DNA of 58,065 nt, the filler included, from Porpidia crustulata (Eukaryota): the NCBI GenBank assembly GCA_964255105.1. It is 5 parts of 5 records of this genome, joined end to end, with 100 filler letters (N's around TTAATTAATTAA, not from the genome) between each part and the next. Parts side by side here need not be neighbours in the genome. Positions count along the whole stretch, not along the records: positions 11,639 to 23,173 come from CAXUWE010000641.1; 4 more parts are not named here. The stretch is one strand, 5' to 3'. Numbering within the stretch: position 1 is the stretch's first letter; the number at the start of each line of letters is the position of its first letter. Under the pieces are notes generated by a model. The model ran no database searches. It was not told the DNA's origin and worked only from the letters and a program-made list of their open reading frames with translations. Position numbers and translations under genes: made by a program. Positions 12,521 to 23,273 of the stretch are shown here, in pieces.

Positions 12521-12616
12521 TTGATCAAGTGGATTGGAAATGAAAAACGTGAAGATAGAAAAGCAAACCACTACACCATTGTACCAGCGCCATTAGGAAT
12601 CGAACCTAATCTGATT
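12521..12616 (-). repeat. Dispersed tRNA-like/B-box element, copy 1 (possible Pol III ncRNA or SINE-like repeat)
   Basis: Minus strand AATCAGATTAGGTTCGATTCCTAATGGCGCTGGTACAATGGTGTAGTGGTTT (12616-12565) matches 40349-40403 at 47 of 55 aligned columns. Weaker similarity continues to CCACTTGATCAA (12521). Confidence 0.75.
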
Positions 12617-13751
12617 GTAAACTAAACGGTTCATCACGAAGATGGGTTTTGAGACATTGATTTCTCAAGGCGCGAACTCGTATGACTTTTCTTATAGTCC
12701 TTCTCACCCATACCGTACTAAAAAGACATAGTGGTTTATTTTGCGGTTAGAGTTTCAATATACCATAGCTAGGAGGACGGCTGGAGTGTTGTGATTTCAA
12801 TGCAACAGATACAAGGTAAATGGTATTTGTAGAAAGAATTGACAAGAAAATCGTTAAAACGATTTATTGTAATGTAAGTATCGGAAGGGGAAGGATTACA
12901 GTATGGTAAAAGTACATAAAACGTTCATGTAATACGTTACCGTTTCGTCTAGAACCGCAAATGATAATACCTTATAGTGCGAGCGTTGGAATTAGTTTAC
13001 ATTGCTAAGCGAACTAAGCTTAGGTACCTTAGTTTCAAAAAGTAGTGTGGGGGGTTCCCGGAAGAGATCCTGGTAGCCCTACAGTACTACTTTACTCTAT
13101 TCGTGTGATACTTCGCTTCGACTTCCGAACGACACCACCACTACAGCCTGCCACCTGCCCTTTTGTTACACGCCTCGACCCGCATGCGCCTGCACCCTCA
13201 TACCCTGAGAATGAATCTGCTCTTCTCTTTTCGTCGCTCCTATGATGCCATACTGTCCGCTGTTCCCACTCCCCACCTCCTAGATATCCCGAACTCCAAT
13301 GGCTGCTTCGACGTAATTTGGCAAGCTCTTTCCATTGTTTCCGCTTGATAATTTTCTTACGTACTGTCATTTTCGTGCAATCGGCAAGAGATAAGGGACG
13401 TATGCAGCGTGATACAGCATACGGCAACTCTTACTTGTGATTGCCAGTTCAAGACCAATTGCCGTTGTCCAGACCTGCGTCTATAGTCTCCATGGTGCAT
13501 CGAAGGCGGGAGAAAATTGTTGCGGCATATCGATCAGAAATGTTCGGATATGCTCGCGCGACAAACTGCCTTCTCTATCATCGTTTTCTTGGCTTAGAAC
13601 CACTAGCAATCATGGTTGGACTATATACTTTTTTCCTTTATTCGTCGGACCATGCTAGCCTTCTCGTTATTACAGTTGTAAATCTCTTTTCCTTGCCACT
13701 GCATGTAATTACTACTTTGGGTCTTTAGCCTCGCCAAACACCCCACCAAAT

Positions 13752-13826
13752 ATGTGCCCTTCCAATTTTCCCTGTGGAAAATACTGTTGCCATTGCAAAG
13801 CACCATTGATCAATAGAAAACCTTGA
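13752..13826 (+). other. Candidate Cys-rich upstream ORF (MCPSNFPCGKYCCHCKAPLINRKP*)
   Basis: 24 codons, 5 Cys, A at -3, stop 38 nt before the MATE ATG. Confidence 0.3.
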
Positions 13827-13864
13827 ATACTACTCCAGCGACCCTCCGCTGGCTGCTCACTGTC

Positions 13865-15456
13865 ATGAAAAGTTCCAAGACCAACAAAACCTCATCTGGA
13901 GATTCTTCACCAGATGAGAGGTCCGGCCTCATCCCAAAATCAGGGAGTAGGGCACCGTCCGTGAGTGATGACAATGGAGAGATTTTTGACCTTGAAGACA
14001 ACGGAGAATCAAAGTCGAAGAATGTGCTTCGAGAATTTAAGATCCTTCTCCGGGGTTCCATACCGGTGATTTTGGCCTACATGCTACAGAATTCATTACA
14101 AACAATATCTGTAGTCATTGTGGGGCGAGGTTCACCGGAGGATCTGGCCACTGCAGCTTTCTCATATATGTTTGCTATGAGTACGGCCTGGTTGGTAGCC
14201 TTGGGCGGTACTACCGCGCTGGACACGCTCTGTTCTTCAACGTTTACTGGAAGCAAAAACCCCCATGACCTGGGCGTCCTTCTCCAACGGGCTTTTATCG
14301 TCCTCGGACTATTCTATATCCCGGTGGCTGTTCTATGGTTTTGCTCGGAACCGGTCTTCAAGGCTTTGGGGCAAGAAGATCAACTGTCGAGAGATAGTGC
14401 TCGGTTTCTCTGGTGTTTGATACCTGGTGGCCTAGGGTACATCTACTTCGAAGCCTTGAAAAAATATTTACAGGCACAAGGTTTGTCAAAGTCTTGCCCA
14501 CTCTATCTCCTGCTTATAAGTCTCTAGAAATCATGCGGCCAGGAACATATGTCCTTCTCCTCACTTCGCCTATCAACGCCGCCCTCAACTTTCTTTTCGT
14601 CTACACCTTCAAGATGGGTCTATTGGGAGCGCCTATCGCCACTGGCATTTCCTATTGGCTTTCGTTCCTGCTGCTATTGGCTTACGCGCGCTTGATCGAC
14701 GGCTGGGATTCATGGGGTGGATGGTCGCGTAAATGTCTGCACAATATAGGTACCTTCGCACGCCTTGCCATCCTTGGTGTCGTCCATGTAGGAACCGAAT
14801 GGTGGGCCTTTGAGATTGTTGCATTGGCTGCTGGCAGACTTGGAACAATTCCCCTAGCTGCGCAAAGCGTCATCATGACTTCAGACCAGGTTATGAACAC
14901 GATTCCATTCGGAGTAGGGGTTACAGCGAGCGCGAGAGTAGGGAATCTGTTAGGTGCTAAGAACGCCAAAGGTGCCGCTAGGGCTGCCAATACTGCTGCT
15001 TGGTTGAGCATGATACTTGGAGCTGTGGTACTCGCGATCCTCATGGGTACCAAAGATCATTTTGCGCAGATTTTTAACAATGATCCTGATGTGGTTAAGC
15101 TCACTGCCGAAGTCATTCCTTTCGTCGCTTTATTTCAGGTTGCGGATGGTCTGAATGGGAGCTGCGGAGGTAGCCTCAGAGGGATGGGAAGGCAGCATAT
15201 TGGAGCGGCAGTCAACATCATCAGCTATTACTGCGGTGCACTACCTCTCGGGATCTATCTCGCATTCCATGGATGGGGCCTCAAGGGGTTGTGGGTTGGC
15301 CAATGTATAGCGCTGTACATTGTTGGGATCCTCGAGTGGGCCATTGTGGCCTTTTGTAACTGGGACCATCAGGTCAAGAAGGCATTTGAGAGAATGGATG
15401 AAGGCGAAAGGGTCGAAAATGGTACGCTCTCTCCAGAAGATGGGAATACTAAATAG
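13865..15456 (+). CDS. MATE family efflux transporter (ERC1-like), 2 exons
   Basis: GGTTALDTLCS, YFEALKKYLQAQ, EWWAFEIVALAAGRLG, RVGNLLGA, FQVADGLNGSCGGSLRGMGRQ; intron 14481-14527. Confidence 0.95.
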
Positions 15457-15766
15457 AGCATCCGGCCATTCGAGAATGGATTCCGAATTCTGTATGCACA
15501 TACTAGAAATGAGTTTATCACTCCAATCTCCTATCTCAAAATGCCGAAGTCCGCTTTGCATAGTATCGAATGAGCGCTATACGGCAGAGACACAGGTAAG
15601 CAGCGAGGAAGAAGCACCGTAACAGCTTGATTTGACTGGTACCTCATAGCGTCAATAGCTACTTTTGGTTCGAGGCCGTGACAACAATCTTCCATGTTCC
15701 AACAACATTTCTCGGAAAATTCTCCTTAGGTAAGGTCCTACTTATTGAGTGTCATAGAAACGAGAG

Positions 15767-15881
15767 CTATCACGTTTTCTCCGATAAGATCTTGTAATCG
15801 CTTACACAATTACCCGGGCTAGCTGCAGCAGATGGCAGATAGCTAAAGGTAGCTAAAGGCAGCTACAGATAACCCTGATAC
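15767..15881. promoter_or_regulatory. GATA motifs plus a 10-bp tandem repeat (AGCTAAAGGT/AGCTAAAGGC/AGCTACAGAT) upstream of the ureohydrolase
   Basis: CTATC 15767, GATAAG 15783, GATAG 15838, GATAA 15868; three imperfect 10-mers at 15841-15870. Confidence 0.3.
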
Positions 15882-16180
15882 ACAGCAAACGTTCTCCCCA
15901 TCAACGACCAATGACCATCGGACTATTCAAAAAGCTTTACCTCATCAGGCTCTTCCGCCTTTAGGTAGCAGATGTGTGATGATGATACCTTGATACCATT
16001 CCCATGGATCTGGAGCCCATTTGCATTACCCAACAGGAACAAGTTAGATGCTCCCGTGGAAGCGGGGGCTTCGTGTACCTTCGACGCGGGGCTCATGTAT
16101 TACGTAGGAAGAGAATCTGGCGCGTCGAGATCTTTTCTTTCTGTTGATTTCTTTTCAGTCCGATCAATCGTCTTTGTTGA

Positions 16181-17791
16181 ATGCAATTGAGTCTCATGAT
16201 GCTGTTCAAACTGCTGTCTATTGCTGGCTATGCCGCCGTCACCTTTGCGCATGGTAATCATGACCAGAAGCCTATTGCAGGGCCACATAAGAGCTTGTGG
16301 TATAATTCTCGCAATGCCATTCCGGGGGATGGTGGAACCCAGGTATGACAATCTTGGAGATTGTTCATGACTGCTTGCTGATTGGCAAAGGCCGACTCTG
16401 TTTTTTCCGGGATCAGCACGTTTGGAAGGTTGCCCTATTTTCCATGCCTCGCCAGCGATGAAGAGAAATACGATATTGCGTTTCTAGGTACGTGCCATGT
16501 AATGGCCGAAGCACTTGCCGTGTATTCGAATAAAGAATTCACCTATGATGCAGGAGCTCCTTTCGACACTGGAACTTCTTACCGCCCTGGCGCTCGCTTC
16601 GGGCCTAACGGAATCAGACAAGGTTCTCGCCGTCTTAATCTCTAGTATGTAGACTCTGATGAGTCTGAGGCTTACTCTTGAACGGGGCAAAGGCTCACGT
16701 AAGGTGCGGTTCAGCGGCGGATACAATGTCCCACTTGACGCGAATCCTTTCAACAGTTGGGCAACGGTCCTGGATTGCGGAGATATCCCTGTGACATCGT
16801 ATAACTCCCATCTTAACGGTCTCATAGCTATGCCAAGAACTAATTTTCACGAAGTTATGACAATGCCTACGCTATCAAGCAAATTGAAGATGGTCACAAC
16901 AGCCTCCTATACCGCGCACCTGCTACCGATGCAAGCAAGAAGGGTCCATCAAAATCTGGCAAGACCTTACCTAGAGTCATCACTCTAGGTGGTGATCACA
17001 CCATCACACTTCCTCTTCTCAGAAGTGTAGTAAGAGCCTACGGACCAATTACAGTCATCCACTTTGACAGCCATCTGTAAGGATGTGCCCAGGATTGAGG
17101 GTGCTCTGTCTAACAAGATGGTAGGGATACTTGGCGACCGAAAGTCTTCGGCGGTGCTCCCACAGATCAAGCTTCAATCAACCACGGCACTTACTTCTAC
17201 CACGCTCATGAAGAAGGCCTACTTGCCAATGATACCAACATTCATGCCGGCATACGAACTACGCTCTCCGGTCTTAGCGATTATGACAACGATGGCTACT
17301 GCGGTTTCGAGATCGTTGAAGCCCGTGAAATTGACACCATCGGCATGGATGGCATTATTAAGAAAATCAAAGACAGGGTTGGAATGACAAAGCCGGTGTA
17401 TCTGAGCATTGATATTGATACTCTAGACCCTGCGTGTAAGTTGAAATCCTTCCATTTCTCTTTGCGGGATCGTCACTGGAAAACACCGTTCTTGCTACAT
17501 GACAGCACCATGGTCCTAAATTGCAGTCAATTGACCAAGTACTTTACAGTCGCTCCCGCCACTGGTACCCCTGAAACCGGCGGCTGGTCCACCCGCGAAC
17601 TCCGCACGATTATCCGTGGTCTTGAAGGCATCAATTTCGTCGCGGCAGATATTGTCGAGGTGGCGCCTGCGTACGATACTAACGCCGAGCACACGACTAT
17701 GGCGGCCGCGGATACGCTTTACGAGGTCATGACTTTGATGGTCAAGAAAGGTCCGCTGAGCGCGATGGTCGCACAAGATGAGGAGCTCTAG
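16181..17791 (+). CDS. Ureohydrolase (agmatinase/guanidinobutyrase type, arginase superfamily) with N-terminal signal peptide
   Basis: (MQLSL)[18 protein letters not shown] leader; [62 protein letters not shown] (Mn-binding motifs); six introns. Start could be 16181, 16196 or 16199. Confidence 0.93.
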
Positions 17792-18380
17792 ATCATTGAA
17801 GATAGGACGAAGAGCGTAAGAGAGAATCATGAGACACCAATAACAAGTAGGGAGTGGGCTCAGGGGTTGGAAAAGCAGAGAAGCATATGTGAATAGTCAA
17901 TAAAATCGATATATAAGTGATATGCAGCCAAATTAAATAACATTGTATCACGTTTCACACTAGACGTTCCTTCAAAGAGCTGCTACATCGTGGCACTAAA
18001 GTAAGTATTGAGTCAATTGTGGTTCAGAATTCAAATGCGAATATGCTTCAAAAGAATCTAAGTTTTGAGCGAGCCATAACGTTGGGGCCCCCAACTGCTG
18101 GAATTCTGGGCAACATCGTAAGCTGATTCCTATTTGAAGCGCTTAGGTCACATATTTATTATATCCTATCCAGAGCAGCATTTTTGTATGGAGCTATGTT
18201 AGGAAGTTTTTTCTCAGAATGGCAAGGATTGAAAAAGTCGGGAAGCTCATTGATGACGTCAAAGATTAGATATCCCGGCTAAATCCATTTGGTATACTTT
18301 CACACTTCATACCAAGTGCAACTGTACATACTCGTAAGCGTGACTCTACGCGCTGGACTTTGGCAGACTCCTTGACCTGC

Positions 18381-20883
18381 ATGTTCAAACTTCTTCAGAG
18401 TCAAGTCACCGCATGGTCGCATAGATTTCCGTCAAAGCTCTCACCTCCTGCATCATACCCCTCACGCCTGGATATTCGCCCCCTATCGCTTCGCGTGCAT
18501 TCGAGAGCAAGGGTTTTGCAAAAGCAAGGACTTGTAATGGGCAAAAGAAAGAGTATCTCGGCGCTGGCGTCAGAGCCTGCTCCCACCAATGTGCCAATAC
18601 CTGTACCCTGGAATGACAGCGTAACTCGGCCTGCGAAACGAAGGAAAAGCCAGCGCGAAATAAAGGCCAAGGCTGAAGACTCTTTTACCAATCCGAATAA
18701 GAATGCCAACGTGCTAGACGGGCCCCAAGCTTTGCGTGCCTCTCCAGACGCGGACGAGGCAGACGAGAGCCTAGATGTAGCGAAGGCGGGAATAGATGTC
18801 AGCAAGCAAGTCAAAGAAGAAGACGACGAGGTTCCTTCGTTAGTCACAGGAGGCGATTCCGACTCAGCGCTATCCTTCCTGTCCGATGTTGAGTCGCCCG
18901 TGAAAACGACGCCTATCAAATCAAAACAGGAAAAAGTGGTGGATACGAAACCAGTGACGAAGGGAGCTGCGGCACCTAGCAAGGCAAAATTGTCAACATC
19001 TAAAAAGGAGGAGAACAAGGAGCCTCAGTTCCTTGACCCAGAAGCTGAGGGCGAGGAAGAGGCTGATGAAGAAGAAATCCAAGCTGCGCTGTCAAGGCCA
19101 CCACCTGTAAATAGCAATTACCTACCTTTACCTTGGAAGGGCCGATTAGGATATGTACGTGTCAAGGTCTCAACCTAAATACTCTGCTAACACTACCAAG
19201 GCCTGCTTAAACACCTACCTGCGTTTTTCGAATCCTCCCGTCTTCAGCTCAAGAACCTGTCGCATTGCATCTATTATTGAAAATCGCCATCCACTAAAAG
19301 ACCCAAACCAGCCGCCCCATGCGACCAAGAATAGACCCGATAAAGACCAGCCAGCAGACATAAAGCGCGGCCAGGCCTTTGTCGAAAGCCTGGGTGTAGC
19401 GAATGCTCGCGATATCGTGAAGATGCTCAGATGGAATGATAGATATGGCATTAAATTCCTGAGATTAAGCAGTGAGATGTTCCCATTTGCTAGTCACGAA
19501 GAATATGGATACAAGTTAGCTCCTTTCGCATCGGAGGCCTTGGCTGAGGCCGGCAAGGTTGCAGCTGAGCTCGGTCATAGGCTCACGACCCATCCTGGCC
19601 AGGTAAGGCTCGTAGCAGAGTAATTTAAGATTTCAGCTGATGTTGTATCGCAGTTCACGCAGTTAGGCTCTCCTCGAAAATCGGTCATTGACAATGCATT
19701 CCGTGATCTCGACTTTCACACGGAATTATTGAGCCTACTAAAATTGCCACCACAGCAAAATCGAGATGCTGTAATGATACTACACCTCGGGGGCGTATTT
19801 GGCGACAAAGCGGCGACTCTGTATCGATTCCGTGAGAACTATAAGAAGCTTTCTCAGGGAGTCAAAGATCGATTGGTGCTCGAAAACGACGATGTCAGTT
19901 GGTCCGTTCATGAGCTACTCCCTTTATGCGAAGAACTCAACATTCCAATGGTACTTGACTTTCATCACCACAACATTATTTTTGACGCCGAGCAAATACG
20001 AGAAGGTACGAAAGATATCATCGATTTGTTCCCGCAAATACTAGCAACGTGGAAAAGAAAGAACATAACACCAAAGATGCATTACTCTGAGCCTACGCCT
20101 GCCGCTATCACTGGAAGACAGCGCAGAAAGCATAGCCCTCGCGTCGCTACTTTGCCACCATGTCCTCCCGATATGGATCTCATGATTGAGGCCAAGGACA
20201 AGGAGCAAGCTGTTTTTGAACTGATGAGAATGTTTAAGCTCCCAGGGTTTGATACCTTTAATGATATGATACCCCATGTGCGAAAGGACGACAACAAGCC
20301 TGTTAAGATTGTGAAAAAGAAGACACCCAAAAACAAAAAGGCAAAGAAAACCGATGAAGATGAATTGGAGGCTGCAGAAGAAGCTATCGAGGCCGAGGAG
20401 GACACTATACCGGTGGAGATTCCTGACGACGAAGTTGGCATGGGTGGCCCAGAAGGAAGGGTCTACTGGCCTCCCACCATGGAGCATTGGCTAAGGCCTG
20501 TCAAGAAAGTCATCAAACCCAAGGCCGAGAAATCGAACATAATGACCCCTGCGCAGAAACGAAAAGCTGCTGCCGCGGGGTCTGCAGGAACGGTGAAAGA
20601 GGAAACGAACGAGGATGCAACCGCTGCTGTAGCCGCGACGCCTACGCCGGCCAAGAGAACCAAGGCCGCTCCCAAAGCGAGTACGAAGAAAGCCGGAAGT
20701 GCGAAGAAGGCGGCGAAAAGCGTTCCGACACCTTCGACTTCAGAGGATGAAGCGTCGGAGCAGGAGGCAGATCTTTCGAAGGAGGTGACGCCTGTTCCAG
20801 CCACCAAGAAGGCGAGCTCAGCAAGGAAAAGCGCGAGGGCGAAGAAAATTAGCTACGCTGAGGAAGAGGCAGACTTGGAATAG
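18381..20883 (+). CDS. uve1: UV-damage endonuclease (UvdE/UVE1/mus-18 family), 3 exons
   Basis: LPWKGRLGY/ACLN, FSSRTCRI, RLSSEMFPFASH, HRLTTHPGQ/FTQLGSP, RLVLENDD, VLDFHHH, KMHYSE, DLMIEAKDKEQAV. Confidence 0.96.
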
Positions 20884-21500
20884 TTCCGCTGCCTGACATT
20901 TTAACATATCTCTATTTACTCTATATACATACAATATGTCGGCACTCTCGACCTCGAATAAAGCCCGGGGTTCCCACACATCGCACTACAACATATGCTT
21001 GTGGTGATGATGCAGACGAACATGCTGTCTCTAACATAGCTTCTTCGACCTAGGATCTTTGCCTCGTTTATTACGGCAATCTCGAATGTTAGGGCTCTTC
21101 CGTAGCGTGGCAAGGATGCTCGTAGCGCCAATATAATATGACGTCTTAGAGGCCGAGCAAGCTTTATAGTGCACAGGCCGCGGGAGCTTGGAGCTTGAAG
21201 GCTGTTGAAGGTGCCAGGGTGCCAACAGGTAGTCAGCCGTGCCAGGTTTGGCTCATAATGGAATCCTATTATTCAAGGCAAGATGGCTGCCCTAGAGTGC
21301 CTAGCCATTTACTCCTCTTTGGCAAAAAGGGCTGTCGTCCAACTTAGCAATTCGAAGCCTTTTTAATCCTTCTCGTCTGATCTTATTGTACATATATTTT
21401 CTCTCTATTTGACCTCACTGATCAACATATTCCGTTACTTCTGTACCTACGTCTGCCTTGGCATTGTTAGCGTAATATTCCTCCAATCGTTGAACCCCAA

Positions 21501-23173
21501 ATGGTGTCGCAAAAGGTAGTTGACCTGTGCCAAGGCACCACAACCGTTAGTTCCGAACTTGGCAAAGATGCCACCTCGGCGCCAGGGAAAGTTATCAAGA
21601 GGCTGTACGGAGACGACATTGGCGGTCATGATGAACACAAGAAATTTGTAGATCCAGAGCCCACCGCCGAAGACCTCAAGAAGGCATGGTCGTGTGGGAA
21701 ATGGGGAGACTCGCATCCCAGCGATTTCTTCCTTAAGGCAGGCTTCTTCTCATCCACAATCGACACATCAATCTGACAGTGCCGTCTAGGTCTACCACGA
21801 CGCACTATGTTCCCTCGAGGGAGACCCAATGATTGGCATGACCTCTCCGCCGTTAATGGGCAGCTACGGCATCGTTCCATTGAGCATCATTGCTCCATTA
21901 CCCGACATTTGCCGTCACATGTCGAATTGCATCGCCCGCGCTGAAAAAGAGGTTTTCCTGGCCACAAACTATTGGCAATCTTCCGACGCCTCGACCTTGA
22001 TCACCAACTCGCTCAAGGAGCTTTCTCGTCGCGCGGGAGAACGGGGTCAGAAGGCGATTGTAAAGATTATGTATGACCGTGGAAATGCGAAACAAGTCAT
22101 CGACAACCATCAGATTGTATCGGTCGACGAATATACTGGCAAAAACGTTCGCCTTCCACACCCAGACGAATTACCGCATGTGGATCTACAGGTCATCAAT
22201 TATCACCGTCCTGTCTTTGGAACGTTTCACTCCAAGTACATGGTGGTTGATAGGAAAATCGCCATTCTGAGCAGCAATAATATCCAAGACAATGATAATC
22301 TTGAGATGATGACGCATATCGAAGGACCTATCGTAGATTCGTTCTATGATATGTCATTATGCTCGTGGAATAAGGAATTGAAGCCTCCACTACCGTGTCT
22401 GAATTCACCAGCTGCACAAGGAGGTCTGCCTCGTGATGACCAACAAAATCATCACCAACCGTCGTCAATAAACGTACCAGGCGATATTACAGGACCAAAT
22501 ATCGGAGGAGCGAGTTCATCAAACGAGCCGCATCCGCATCTCGCAACCGGAGAGAGGATTGGAAGCCCTAGTGCCCTCAATCGTGCAACACAAGCATCGG
22601 GCCAAGACGAACTGTCAACCAAAACCGGCGCTTTGAATCTTAACCAAGAACAAGGCATAGCATCTGCTGGCACCTCGACCGAGCCGCATCCCCACATACC
22701 CAGTGGGGAAAGTCTAGGACGCTCAAATCTAGCCGATACTGGATCTGGGGATCTTGCAAAAGTGGCCAATGTTGTCCAACCAAGTAACAGAGCAAGCCTT
22801 CCGGAGCATACCGCGAAAGATCCCAACTACGATCTAGATATTCCAGCGGAAATCGCTCGAGCCCAGTCGGTCCTGCTGCCCAGAGGTTCTGAGAGAAGAA
22901 TCGATGCCATCACCCGACACTTGAGTATGCTAATCTTCGTTTCGACTGTGAAAGGTACTAACGCTTGATAGACACAACGATTCAGCCGGACACGAAAAAC
23001 AATGCACCAGACATAGCTGAGGGCGATGAAATGACACCCTTGATCCCGCATCCTATAAACGTCCCAATTCCAATGGCCATGGTCTGCCGTAAACCATGGG
23101 GAGGTGAGTCTTATCGTCTTTGCATCCCACCATCTCACTAACCCCCCCAGCCCCCAACCACGCCAGCGTGCAC
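21501..23173 (+). CDS. Phospholipase D/nuclease superfamily protein (HKD motif), 3' end truncated by the contig end
   Basis: FHSKYMVVDRKIAILSSNNIQD is HxKxxxxD-x6-(S)SxN; IARAEKEVFLATNYW; first intron GC-AG 21738-21789; further introns near 22925 and 23103. Confidence 0.88.
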
Positions 23174-23273
23174 NNNNNNNNNNNNNNNNNNNNNNNNNNN
23201 NNNNNNNNNNNNNNNNNTTAATTAATTAANNNNNNNNNNNNNNNNNNNNNNNNNNNNNNNNNNNNNNNNNNNN
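23174..23273. other. Artificial contig spacer
   Basis: N44-TTAATTAATTAA-N44. Confidence 0.98.

Noticed and set aside
15972..16190. 72-aa ORF ending just before the ureohydrolase start (polyamine-sensing uORF?)
   Set aside because: Lacks the PPW or terminal PS motifs of known polyamine uORFs and probably starts upstream of the transcript.
1211..17791. Apparent nitrogen-scavenging cluster (NCS1 permease plus ureohydrolase)
   Set aside because: The genes are on different contigs separated by an artificial spacer.
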